DNA of 64,000 nt, taken from Podarcis melisellensis (taxonomy: Eukaryota). The stretch's first letter is position 1; every line of letters starts with the position of its first letter. The notes beneath the pieces are model-generated. The model made no database searches and had not been told where the DNA came from. It saw nothing but the letters and a program-made list of their open reading frames with translations. Shown one piece after another: positions 36,401-50,205 of the stretch. The stretch lies in assembly GCA_964234715.1 (NCBI GenBank), contig OZ174275.1; one strand, 5' to 3'. Position numbers and translations under genes: made by a program.

Positions 36401-39400
36401 ACTCTCATGCTTACAGCTGATTTCTGGGTTTAGGTGAAAAATAATTGCAATAAAATGTGCACCATTTGACATGTTCATAGGGAATGCATCTATATTCACT
36501 GTGGAATATTGGTTTATGGTTTAGCTTAAAATGTCATCCAGGCATGCTTTAATCTAATACAGTCAGTAATTATATATTTCAATTTCTCAGTTACTGCTTC
36601 AGTTGATATTGCAGTATCTCTTCTTTGCATTCTGTTCAACTTGGTTTTTATCACTATTTTAAATATAGGCACGGTGGTTTAGGGATGGTGTTGAAATCAG
36701 AAAAGGCAAGAAGTTTGACATCATTGCTAAAGGTGCCCAGAGAATACTTGTCATCAACAAATGTCTGCTTGATGATGAGGCAGAATATGCATGTGAAGCA
36801 AAAGGAGCCAGAACCTCTGGCATGCTGACAGTGATAGGTAAAGCTAAAATCAAGTTTGTTGCATTTACATGAAAGAGCAATGGCTTGGTCACTGTTGTGA
36901 TCAAATGCAACTATTTTCTTTTTCTTTTTTCTTTTTACAGAAGAGGAAGCTGTCTTTACCAAAAAACTTCCCAATGTGGAAGCAAGTGAAACAGACACTG
37001 TCAAATTGATTTGTGAAGTTTCCAAGCCCGATGCAGAAGTAACTTGGTTCAAAGGCGATGAGGAGTTGCCTGAAGGTGGGAGATATGAACAGATTGCTGA
37101 TGGCCGGAAGAGAATTTTGGTCATCCACAATGCTAGTCTTGACGATGCAGCAGCATACAGCTGCAAACTTCCTAGCAGTCAGACAACTGGCAAGCTGAAA
37201 GTTCATGGTAAGAAAACTACTTTGGAATTTTTCACAAGTGTTGCCAGGTGACATGTAGGGCTGGGCGCTATATTGATATATCACCCCAAACCGGTTTCTA
37301 GACATCGTGATAACCATTTCAAAATAAATGACCCAGCAATGTATCACAACTTGTGTGTGCTATGCAAAAATTCACAATACAGTCATACCTTGGAAGTCGA
37401 ACGGAATCCGTTCTGGAAGTCCATTTGACTTCCAAAACATTTGGAAACCAAAGTGTGGCTTCTGATTGGCTGCGGAAGCCCCGGCGGACGTTCAACTTCC
37501 AAAAATAGTTTGCAAACTGGAACACTCACTTCTGGGTTTGCGGCGTTCGGAAGCCAAAACGTTTTAGAACTAAGCTGTTCAAAAACCAAGGTACGACTAT
37601 ATTTGAAAAACCAGAAAGTCAGCCGGTGCTTCTGTGTCTCCTTGAGGTGAATGAACAGGCGCTCTTTCCTTCCTTCCTTCCTTCCTTCCTTCCTTCCTTC
37701 CTTCCTTCCTTCCTTCCTTCTGTGTGTTTGTGTGCGCATGTGCGCCTCAGCTGAGCAGTTTAATGAAGCTCACTCCACATCCACCCCTCCAGCTTGAGCT
37801 GGAGCAGAATGGGAGCTTGCTCAGTTGTAGCGCTGGACGAAGCATCTCAGCTGCTTCTTCATCTTATTTACTCCTCCCTCCCTGCAATATATCAGCATAT
37901 TGTGGTATTTAGCTGGTGATACATCCCGATGTTGAAAACCACATATCAGCCAGCCCTAGTGACATGTGTGCAGCTGAGTAGGGTTGTTGACCCACTTCTT
38001 ATTGACCGAATATGCACGGTTGTGTCATCTATGCTAGGACATGGCCATGTCAAGTCAGTCTGAGACTTCTTTTGCTGACTGAAAATATTTTCGGTTATCA
38101 ATTAGATGGGGGGGGGGGCGATCTACTTATCCCCATATCAAAAACTAAAAAACAATATGCCCAACATCTTTTTCAGAACTTGCAGCAGAATTTATAACCA
38201 GGCCACAGAACGTTGAAGTACTTGAAGGAGAAAAAGCAGAATTTGTCTGCTCAGTATCCAAAGAAGCCTTTGACGTACAGTGGATAAGGGATGATACTGT
38301 TCTTGAAGCCAATGATAAGTATGACATAATTTCTGATGGCAAAAAGAGAGTCCTGGTCATTAAAGAATCTGTTCTGGATGACGATGGAACTTATTCTGTC
38401 ATGGTCGGTGCAGCCAAAGCAACAGCCCGCTTGACAGTGATTGGTAAGCTTTATGGGGCTTTCTCATACATTTGTGGGCATGCTTTTATTTCCTTTGTGA
38501 GGATGTAATTCACATCATCATCATAATATGCAAATTCAAATTGCAGAAAAACTCAGGATTGTCATCCCACTGAAGGACCAACAAGTAAGAGAGGGAGAAG
38601 AACTTGTATTTAACTGTGAGGTTAATACAGAAGGTGCCAAGGCGAAGTGGTACAAAGATGAGGAAGCAATATTCGACAGCGCAAAATACATCATGGTCCA
38701 TAAGGATTTAGTTTACACTCTAAGAATTAGAGACGCCCATCTGAATGACCAAGCAACCTACAACATAGTTCTGGCAAACAAGAGAGGAGAACAAGTAAAG
38801 AGCTCTGCTACTTTGACTGTGCTTGGTAAGTGTTTTCCCAGGGCTATTATTCTAGAAAAAGAGTTTCCATGAATGCCTCCCTTGTTCTCTTATAATGGCA
38901 ATGGTGCCCACTTGAGAGGTGTGCCATTCCAGAGAGGAATGGCAGACTAAGAATGTTGGGCAATGCCGAAATGGCGAAATGGACCAGAAAGCTCAGGAAC
39001 CAAGAAGACCAAAAATTTCAATAAACAATGGGGGAGTTTATAATTTATTTGGGAGGCCCAAATAAAACATTAGCAGGACTGCAATAACACTTGTAAGGTA
39101 GCAAATATTATGGATAAAATGGAGAGACATAAAATATGGACTATGAGATAATATGCAGTTGAAAAGGATAACAATAGGACCCATGGAAGGGATGGTGGGA
39201 GAGGGAGAGAGAGGTGCTGGAACTGATTTCTGGCTGGGGGAAAAGTCCTGGTGTTTTCTTATTCTAAGTGGCACAGGCTTTCACTCTTGCCAAATTACTG
39301 TTTGGATGAGGATGTAAATTAACAACACTTTTCAAACCACTTCTCTCTTAAACAGAGGAAGACCTCAGAATTATTGAGCCTCTTCAAGACATTGAAACCA

Positions 39401-42400
39401 TGGAGAAGAAGTCTGTCACATTCTGGTGTAAGGTTAACCGCCTCAACGTAACCCTCCAGTGGACAAAGAATGGTGAAGAAGTCACCTTCGACCGCCGCAT
39501 TTTGTACAAAGTGGATAAATACAAGCATTCACTTATCATTAAAAACTGTGGATTTATAGATGAAGGGGAGTACGTTGTTACTGCTGGCCAAGACAAGTCG
39601 GCTGCAGAGCTTATTATCACGGAGGCACCTGCAGATTTCATTGAGCACTTGCAGGACCAGACAGTCACTGAATTTGATGATGCAGTCTTCAGTTGCCAGC
39701 TTTCCAAAGAGAAAGCAATGGTGAAGTGGTACAGAAACGGACGAGAAATTAAAGAGGGCAAAAAGTAGGTGCAGGTGCTTTTAACTGGTTGGTGGTATAC
39801 TATGGTTGGTGTCTGGATTCTTGCCTCTGAATTTAACACATAATCCTTTTCTTTCTGTCTGCAATAAAGGTATCAGTTTGAAAAGGATGGAAATTTACAC
39901 AGGTTAATCATAAAAGACTGCAGGCCAGAGGATGAATGCGAGTATTCCTGTGGTGTGGATGACAGGAGATCCAGAGCAAGACTTTTTGTGGAGGGTAAGT
40001 TTAAAATTTCTATTTATCTTTCACCTTTCAATATTTTTTTTGTAAAAAAAAAAAAGTATGTCAACGCAATCTAAATTTTATTCTTATTTTGACCAGAAAT
40101 TCCTGTGGAGATTATCCGACCACCGCAAGATATTTACGAAGCCCCTGGCTCTGATGTCCTTTTCTTTGCTGAACTGAATAAAGATAAGGTGGAAGTCAAA
40201 TGGTTGAGAAATAACATGATAATAGTCCAGGGAGATAAACACCAAATGATGAGTGAAGGAAAAGTCCATAGGCTGCAAGTCTGTGAGATTAGGCCTCGCG
40301 ATCAAGGAGAATATAGATTTATTGCCAAAGATAAAGAAGCTCGAGCTAAGCTAGAACTGGCAGGTAAGCCTCTGACATTTTTTAACAATAAAATAATATT
40401 TATATGAGTAATGCAACATTTTAAATACTTCTTCTGGGTGTTAATTTCAGTGATTAACACACTACTAGTGGTAATGAAAAAGCTCTGTAACTGAGATCCT
40501 ACAATCACGTTGGATGATTCTCACGTGTTTCTGTAGCCTTTATTATGCAGCTTTCTAATGTAGCTTCTGTGCATTTAGAAGTCAAAATGACCCAGCACAG
40601 ATTAATTATCTTTGTATGTTGGAGGCAACAATAGTGCCCCCACTGACCAGAATGGGACAAGATGGTGTCTATACAACATTACTAATGGTTATGATTTTGG
40701 TTCTCCCTTCGCACCAAAGTTGCTTAAAAATCACAAAACAACTCACTGCGCTGTTGTTTTCTGTTTCAGATTTTCTGTAACGTATTTCATTGATTTTTTT
40801 TTTTTACTAGCTGCTCCAAGAATAAAGATAGCTGATCAGAACCTTGTGGTAGATGTTGGGCAGCCATTGACTATGGTGGTTCCATATGATGCCTACCCAC
40901 GAGCAGAAGCTGAGTGGCTGAAGGGAGAAGAGGCCTTGCCCACTCTTACTGTTGATACAACACCTGAGAGTACCACCTTCAGAATTCATGAAGCAAAGAC
41001 GACTGACAGAGGGAGTTACAAAATCATCCTTAAAAATAAGCATGGCCAAGCTGAAGCACACATCAATGTTCAAGTTATTGGTAAGCTCATCATTTCCTAT
41101 GGCCAAGGGTTGTTGCTTTTCTGATGTAGAAGATGAAAGCATTGGTATATAATGATGAGAGAAATAAGAAACTGCATCCACGAACCTCACTAAGTTGTTA
41201 TTGTTTTATGAAACTCAAAGCAAATCCCAAATTCTTTTAAGTAAACATACTTTCGCTTTATTCCCAGATGTCCCTGGCCCAGTTAGAAACCTGGAAGTAA
41301 CTGAGACATTTGATGGTGAAGTTAGCCTTGCCTGGGAGGAACCAGAAAGTGATGGTGGTAGTAAAATCACTGGGTATGTTGTTGAAAGGCGCGATGTCAA
41401 ACGAAAGACCTGGATTTTGGCAACGGATCGTGCCGACAGTTGTGAATATACAGTGACTGGCCTTCAAAAGGGAGGCGTGGAATACCTTTTCCGCGTGAGC
41501 GCGAAAAACAGAGTGGGCACCGGTGAGCCAGTCGAAACAGACAAACCTGTGGAAGCCAAGAGTAGATTTGGTAAGAAAATTGTTATTTGGAGACTAGAAT
41601 TTGTTGAAGTTCTGTTGAACGGGAAAATAACGTTTTTTTCAAAAATTCTCTTATGACATTGCAGATGTCCCAGGACCTCCTCTCAATGTACAAGTTGTTG
41701 ATGTGAACAGATTTGGTGCATCTCTTACTTGGGAACCCCCAGATTATGATGGAGGGTCTCCGATTACGGGCTATATCATTGAATTACGTGACAGAGCTTC
41801 GATCAAGTGGGAACCAGCCATGACCACAGGAGCACATGACTTAGCTGGAACCTTAACTGATGTGGTGGAAAACAAAGAATACTTTTTCAGAGTCAGAGCT
41901 CAAAACCAGGTTGGAATTGGCAAACCTAGTGCTTCTACACATGCGGTGAAGATAATGGATCCAATTGGTTAGTATGCAGGCGATAAGAAAATATTTCTAG
42001 ATAGTTATAATATCATTTGCTTATAAAACATGAAAACAGGAAAGACTTGAGTGAATCAGTTGATATATCTCAAACAAAAGTGCAGTGTTTATTATTCAGT
42101 TTCATAGAAACCATTATATATGTTGTTTTGAGAAATTAGCAGTGTCAGAAAATGAAAATAATAGAAGCTCCACATAAGCTCTAAAGCAAGGACCACTGTT
42201 GATGTTCAGTGAGGAAGGATTTATGGAAATAATACTGTAATCTATTTAGTAGAAGACTATGACAAGAATCTAGCAAGCTACTTTTGGCATACTCTAAGGC
42301 TTGTACATATGCACTAATGCATGGTAGGCAAACTTAAGGCCCAGGGGCCGGATCTGGCCCAATCGTCTTCTAAATCTGGCCCCGGACTGTCCGGGAATTA

Positions 42401-45400
42401 GCATGTTTTTACATGAGTAGAATGTGCCCTTTTATTTAAAATGCATCTCTGGGTCATTTGTGGGGCATAGGAATTCGTTCTTTTTTCAAAATATAGTCCG
42501 TCCCCCACAAGGTCTGAGGGACAGTGGACCGGCCCCCAGCTGAAAAAGTTTGCTGACCCCTGCGCTAATGCCTATTGTTTCTATACACAACATGCCCCTA
42601 TGTCACATCACATATACTTTGGACATTCCTGCTAGTTTCAAAACAGCAGTTTGGCATGGGCTTTAAATTACTGTTGTATGAGGAACTCAAGAGTAGCCCT
42701 TCTAGACTTGTGGGACTAGTTGCATAGTTCTTCTGATTCTGGCCATCTGTTATATTGTGCAAATCATTGTGTTTTGCAGAAAAACCAAGTCCTCCCATTA
42801 ACCTCAACCATTCTGACCAAACTATGTCATCTGTGAAACTTACATGGGAACCTCCTTTGAAAGATGGAGGCAGTCCAGTACTGGGCTACATTATTGAAAG
42901 GCGCGAAGAGGACACAGACAACTGGATCCGTTGCAACGCAAAACTTGTGCCTAGTCTTAATTATAAGGTATCATATTCTTTTCCGAAGTAAAATGCCTAT
43001 TAAGGTTTTTTTAAAAAACTTAAAAATAGTGATTATTAATGATGACATTTTCCTCTGTCTTCATAGGTAACTGGGTTGAAACCTCTAGCCAGGTATTATT
43101 ATAGAGTATCTGCAGAAAATGCTGCTGGTGTGTCAGATCCTGCTGAAGCTATTGGACCACTGACTGCTGATGATCCTCACAGTAAGTTGAATTTTAGTTT
43201 CTTGCCATAGTCAACAGCCTGAAAGGAAAGGTTGTGTTCATCTGAGACTATTCATGCTTGTTCATAAAAACAATACTTTAATATTGCTCTCATACATTGG
43301 ATACCAAAACCAGCCCCCCTCTCAGCAGTAAAAGTCTAAAACAGGAGTGGGGAGACCATGTGGCCCTCTTGATGTTGTTGGACCCCAGTTCCAGCCAGTA
43401 TGGCCAAAGGCCAGGGATTATTAGAGTTGAAGTCAAACAACTTCTAGAGGGCCACAGGGTCTCTAGGCCTCATCTAAGCTATACTAAAATGGAGGGAAAT
43501 CCTTAACATTCACTAGGTAGCACTGTTTTACATTTACAATTTGTCCTCTAAGGCTCCATTGCTAAACAAGTCAGAATTTTTTAATTTTTAAAAATTGTAT
43601 TAAATTGAACATTTAGGTGTCTTTAAATTGGAGCAAGCTTATATATCGCCTTTCTATATTGCTAATTTCATCAGATTATGAAACAGTTTTATGATGTGTT
43701 CTCAATAGATAGAATGCCACGTGAAGGCATCTATAATAATGCTTTCCATTCAAACAGATTCCAAAGACAATTGCCCTTTAATGGTGTTGTGGAGGAAAAA
43801 AGAAAGTTTGTAACTTTAATCGGCATAATTTGTGTTTGTATTTCAGCTGGACCTACAATGGACTTAAGCGGATTTAAAGATGGACTGGAGGTTATTGTTC
43901 CAGATCCTGTCAAAATACGTGTTCCTATTACTGGCTATCCAGTCCCAACTGCCACATGGTCTGTCGGCGACAAAGTTTTAGAACAGGGTGACCGGGTGAA
44001 AATTGACACCTCTGCAGCCTTTGCAGAGCTTGTTATTACCCCAAGTGAACGGCCAGACAAAGGCATCTATACCTTGAAATTAGAAAACCCTGTGTCATCT
44101 GTATCAGGAGAAATCAATGTCAATGTCATTGGTGAGCAATCCAGTTTATATTCTGAAGAAATGTATATAACCTGTTTTGTAAATAACCATGTGTGTAAAA
44201 TCCAAAAGTTTCAACAAGCCAAATTTGTTATGAATAGCACCATAGGAGCCAACTCCTAGGGCCCAAGGTCTCTTCACCCCCCCCCAAAAAAAAATCTGAG
44301 GGGGATGGGCCTTCCCAAAGTTGATGGGCATGTGTGTGTGCCATGTCATGTGATTGATTGTGTGGGGGAGGGCTTATCTGGGCCTCCCCAATATTTTATT
44401 CAAGTTGGCACCCCTGAATAGTACTAAACAACAGCAGCATGTTTATTTATTGAATTTATGTGCTGCTTTTCCTCCCAAGAGAGCCTAGGTTGGCAACTTC
44501 TATTGTACCATTTTGTTATGAAATCCTATAATACAAGGGAGGTCATAAACTTAGCTATTAACAGTTAACAGTCTGTCCTAAGAATGCTTACTCAGAAGTA
44601 AGAATCCTCTTTCTTTTTTTTAAAAAAAAATAGAAGCATGAATTAAAATCTAGTAGGTGTAACCAAACAGCTAAAGTCTTCCATCAAAGAAAGAATAAGT
44701 AATATATATTTATAATAATTGGTTTATAACATGATGGATATTTATTGTTAGCTCGCCCAAGCGCACCAAGAGAACTACAAATTGGAGAGATAACTAGGAA
44801 CTCAGTCCAATTAAATTGGGAAGCACCTGAAGATGATGGAGGAAGCCCATTGACTGGCTATCTTATTGAAAAGCGTGAAGTGAGCCGCAAAACATGGGTC
44901 AAGGTACGCAGTTTCTTTAAAAAACCGAAACACATATATTTCTAATATGTATTGCTGAAGATGGTTTGAAATATTCTGGTGCTTGCTGTGGGAAAAAATG
45001 TTCTGTAATTACTTGGAACCTCTCTTGTTTTTAGGTGATCGACAATGTCCTTGACCAAGAGTTCACTGTACCAGATCTGGTTCAAGGAAAAGAATATTTG
45101 TTCAGGGTCTCAGCATGTAACAAATGTGGACCAGGAGAGCCTGCTTACATTGATGAGCCTGTCAACATGTCAGCACCTGCTAGTGAGTTTTCTTAATTAA
45201 CTATTCCTATTGATTTTGTATATCTGCATTTTACATAGTAACTTGTGCTATGCAACATAAGTATTGAAAGAAAGCAAGGAGCAGAGTTTGAATCAATAAG
45301 TGTTTGGTATGACTTACCTGTTGTATTAGAAAAACTGAGGCTTGGATCCAAAGATGCATAATTGGAACTATGTGCAAAAAAAAATCCACACACAACCTCT

Positions 45401-48400
45401 TCTGCACTGCAGCCCTCAGTACCCACTGAAAAGCTGCTACTTAGTATTAAAATAAAAGGTAAAGGGACCCCTGACCATTAGGTCCAGTCGTGACTGACTC
45501 TGGGGTTGTGGCGCTCATCTTGCTTTATTGGCCGAGGGAGCTGGCGTACAGCTTCGAGGTCATGTTGCCAGCATGACTAAGCCGCTTCTGGCGAACCAGA
45601 GCAGCGCATGGAAACGCCCTTTACCTTCCCGCCGGAGTGGTACCTATTTATCTACTTGCACTTTGACATGCTTTCGAACTGCTAGGTTGGCAGGAGCAGG
45701 GACCGAGCAATGGGAGCTCACCCCGTCGCGGAGATTCGAACCGCCGACCTTCTGATCGGCAAGTCCTAGGCTCTGTGGTTTAACCCACAGTGCCACCTGC
45801 GTCCCTTGCTTAGTATTAGTTGACCCTCAATTGACAGAAATCAGGGAGCCACCTTGCACAAATGGGTCTTTCCTGTTGTGCAGGGTACTTGTTGGATACC
45901 AGCCAATGTGAGAAGAGCACCTCAGAGACAGTAAAGAATTAAAAAAGCTAAAACACACTATAAGGCACACACTATATGCAAGACAATTATACATCTTCTT
46001 TCCTCCCCACTCCTTGCAGCGGTGCCTGATCCACCAGAGAATGTGAAATGGAGGGATCCAACATCTAAGTCCATTTTCCTCACATGGGATCCACCTAAGT
46101 ATGATGGCGGTTCTCGTATCAAAGGCTACCTGGTTGAAAAATGCCAGCGTGGCACTGACAAATGGGAGCCCTGTGGCGAGCCAGTCATTGAGACAAAGTA
46201 AGAGCTTGCAGTATGAAGAAAAATGTTTTACAAAATTGGATGGTTACGTTTAAACACGCAGTACGCTGAACTTGTTTTCTGATTAACAGAATGGAAGTGA
46301 CAAAACTTAAGGAAGGAGAATGGTATGCTTATCGCGTGAAGGCTCTGAACAGGCAAGGGGCAAGTAAACCAAGCAAGCCAACGGATGAAATCCAGGCTGT
46401 GGATGCAATGGGTAATTTTTGATTTCCCACTCATACTTAATCCATACTCTTGAAAACACTGGTGAATGTGTTTCTGCTGTTGACGCTTCTGTGTGCGGTT
46501 GCCTGTTCTTTTTTAACAATATGTCGATTCTTCTCTCAAATCAGAGGCCCCAGAGATTTTCCTAGATGTGAAACTGCTTGCTGGAATCACTGTCAAAGCT
46601 GGAACTAAGATAGAGCTGCCGGCAAGGGTAAATGGAAAGCCCGAGCCACGGATTAGCTGGGCAAAAGCTGAACAGACCCTGAGACCTGATAAAAGAATAA
46701 CCATTGAATCCAAACCTAACCATTCCACAGTCATAATAACAGAGAGCATGAGAAGTGACAGCGGCACCTATATTATTGAAGCCGTAAATGCCAGCGGTCG
46801 GGCAACAGCTACAGTTGAAGTTAATGTCCTAGGTATGTTTTGTTTCCATAGAAATAACTTTCAATGTTTTCCTAACAAAATATTTGAATAGAAGAGGTTC
46901 AAACTACTGTTATGCTTCCACAGATAAGCCTGGCCCACCAGCTGCATTTGATATCTCCGACATTACAAACGTATCTTGTGCTTTGACTTGGAATCCTCCT
47001 AGAGACGACGGCGGCTCCAGAATCACGAACTACGTTCTGGAACAAAGAGCTGCAGACAGTGAAGTGTGGCACAAACTATCATCCACTATCAAAGAAACAA
47101 AATTCAAAGTAACAAACCTAACACCACTTAAGGAGTACATCTTCAGAGTCAGCGCAGAAAACATGTACGGAGTTGGAGAACCAGCTCAGTCTGTTCCTAT
47201 CGTTGCTAAATATCCATTTGGTAAGTCTGTTCGCCTGACAGAAAGGGCTGCTTGTCACAAGATGGCTGCCAAGGGAGCCTGCTAGAAACTATAATGTGGT
47301 AGCCACTCCACATGGCATGGCATTGATAGGTACCACTTCTCCATGTGGGTCGGTCCCCACCATAATGTTTGTCTCCACACTATAATCGGTGACATGGAGA
47401 TAAGCCTGTGGGTAAGGGTCAGTATTTATGGCAAGCTGGTACACATAAACTGCTTGCCAGGTGGAACCGGCAGCAGCCACAAAGAGACAGTTTCAAGCAG
47501 CCTCGACATGGCAACTGTACGTTTCCAAGCACAATTCAAAGTGTTGGTGCTGACCTTTAAAGCCCTAAACGGCCTCGGTCCAGTATACCTGAAGGAGTGT
47601 CTCCACCCCCATCATTCTACCCGGACACTGAGGTCCAGCACCAAGGGCCTTCTGGCGGTTCCCTCACTGCGAGAAGCCAAGTTACAGGGAACCAGGCAGA
47701 GGGCCTTCTCGGTAGTGGCGCCCACCCTGTGGAACGCCCTCCCACCAGATGTCAAAGAGAACAACAACTACCAGACTTTTAGAAGACATCTGAAGGCAGC
47801 CCTGTTTAGGGAAGCTTTTAGTGTTTGGTGTATTGCAGTATTTTAATATTTTTTTGGAAGCCGCCCAGAGTGGCTAGGGAAGCCCAGCCAGATGGGCGGG
47901 GTATAAATAATAAATTATTATTATTAATTTGATGAAATGGCATTTATTGCTACAGGTGCTTCCTATTACATTTGCATACAAGGAATTGCAAGTATGTCAA
48001 TGTTCCCCTTTCTACTTCTTTGTACAGATCCGCCAGGTCCTCCGACACGAGTTCAGCCTGTTGAGATCACTAAAGATTCTGTAACCTTGACTTGGGTAGA
48101 ACCAGATGAAGATGGTGGCAGCCCTATCACTGGTTATTGGGTTGAACGGTTGGACCCTGATCAAGATAAATGGGTCCGTTGCAATAAAATCCCAGTTAAA
48201 GATACGACATTCAAGTAAGATCATTATATGTTTCGTTTTAAAAAATATATAGCTAGGTAACTGAGAAGATTGATATTTGTTTTTAGGTAAACAGCTGACT
48301 TTTATATACTCTTGAACTTGACTCCTTGTCATGCATTAGAATAAAATACTAACTGGTGCTCTGTAATAGCATCGAATAATTGTATTGCTGTCTATACTTT

Positions 48401-50154
48401 GGGTCTACAATAACCATTGAAAATATCCTTACCTAAATCATGTTCATAACCATCCACCAGTGCCACTGAATAGGACAACTGTACTATGGGTGTTATCAGT
48501 AGCACCAATTTCTGCTATGGAAACAGTAGTGGGATTGTGACTTCTGATGTGATTCTACATCACTGCGGCTGCTCATAAGATTAGTGCTGATATCAGAACT
48601 TCTTAGAGATGAATATAGTTTTCTGCTTTTTGAACTCCCAGTACAGTCGTACCTTGGAAGTCAAACGGAATCCATTCCGGAAGTCTGTTCAACTTCCAAA
48701 ACTTTCGGAAACCAATGTGCAGCTTCTGATTGGCTTCAGGAAGCTCCTGCAGCCAGTTGGAAGCCACGGAAGCCCTGTCAGATGTTCGGGTTCCAAAAAA
48801 TGTCCTCAAACCGGAACACTCACTTCCGGGTTTGTGGCGTACCAAGGCATTCAAGATCCAAGGTACAACTGTAATATGAATTTCTAATACAAGCTAGGGA
48901 TATTTATTACACCCAAGCATTATTCATCCTTAGAGCTTTAAGTAGTACCAATATATATCATCTACTAATGAATAGTACAGAAATGCAGATTATATTACAT
49001 CTGACCAGTGTCTGAGACTTTCTAGTGATACAGTAATAGGAAGGTCCTTCCTCCATGTACACAGGGAGTCTCTGGTTTGGGGTGATAGTATATATTTGCT
49101 CTGAACAGTTCAAAGGTATTGATTTTTTTAATGCACGAGGTACACTTGTGATGATGCAGAGTATTTAATTATAGCGTTAACTAGTAATAAGTATTACAAA
49201 TTTTACATTATCATCATTACTATTAGGGTTAAAGGTCTCACGTTCCATAAGAAGTACAAGTTCCGTGTCGTGGCAGAGAATCTTGCTGGGCCAGGAAAGC
49301 CAAGCAGAGCAACAGAGCCAGTCTTAGTGAAGGATCCTATTGGTATGAAAGCATTTTTCTTAGATGAATTTTATAACTTACTCCAAGTCATAATGCTGGG
49401 TTTTCTAAACCAAGTTATCAATTCATGTCTAGATCCCCCATGGCCACCCGGCAAGCCAATTGTCAAAGACGTTGCCAAGACCTCCTGTTTCTTGAACTGG
49501 ACGAAGCCAGAACACGACGGCGGTGCCAAGATTGAATCGTATGTCATTGAATTGTTAAAGACTGGCACAGACGAGTGGGTGAGAGTGGCTGAAGGCATCC
49601 CCACACCAGAACACTTCCTCAAAGGGCTTATGGAGAAACAAGAATATTCCTTCCGAGTCAGAGCTGTGAACAAAGCTGGAGAGAGTGAGCCTAGCGAGCC
49701 CAGCGATCCCGTGCTATGCAAGGAGAGACTGAGTAAGTTGGCCATTGCATTCTGCAGGAGAGCTTCTCCTGAGAGCCAGTGTGGTATAGTGGTTAAGAGT
49801 GGTAGACTCGTAATCTGGTGAACCGGGTTCACATCTCCGCTCCTCCATATGCAGCTGCTGGGTGACTTTGGCTAGTCACACTTCTCTGAAGTTTCTCAGC
49901 CCCACTCACCTCACAGAGTGTTTGTTGTGGGGGAGGAAGGGAAAGGAGAATGTTAGCCGCTTTGAGACTCCTTCAGGTAGTGATAAAGCGGGATATCAAA
50001 TCCAAACTCCTCTACTTCTTCTTCAAGTCCCAAAAGTATCAGAAGCCTGCTCCACAGTAACTTGGAGTGGGGCTTTCAGCGGGGCTGCCACTGTCTGTAC
50101 TTCCAAAAGACAATTGAATATATTTTCATTTCATCCTCAGTTATTCTTTGTAAT

Positions 50155-50205
<51 letters not shown>

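Larger units (their letters stand above)
37256..37958. mobile_element. Non-autonomous hAT transposon
   Basis: TIR TAGGGCTGG / CCAGCCCTA; perfect 8-bp TSD GTGACATG (37248-37255, 37959-37966). Confidence 0.88.

Noticed and set aside
45720-45805. tRNA-like sequence (also 49771-49845 and 23670-23725)
   Set aside because: tRNA-derived SINE heads, not functional tRNA genes
47343-47846. 167-aa ORF as a separate gene
   Set aside because: It is the C-terminal remnant of an L2 LINE ORF2
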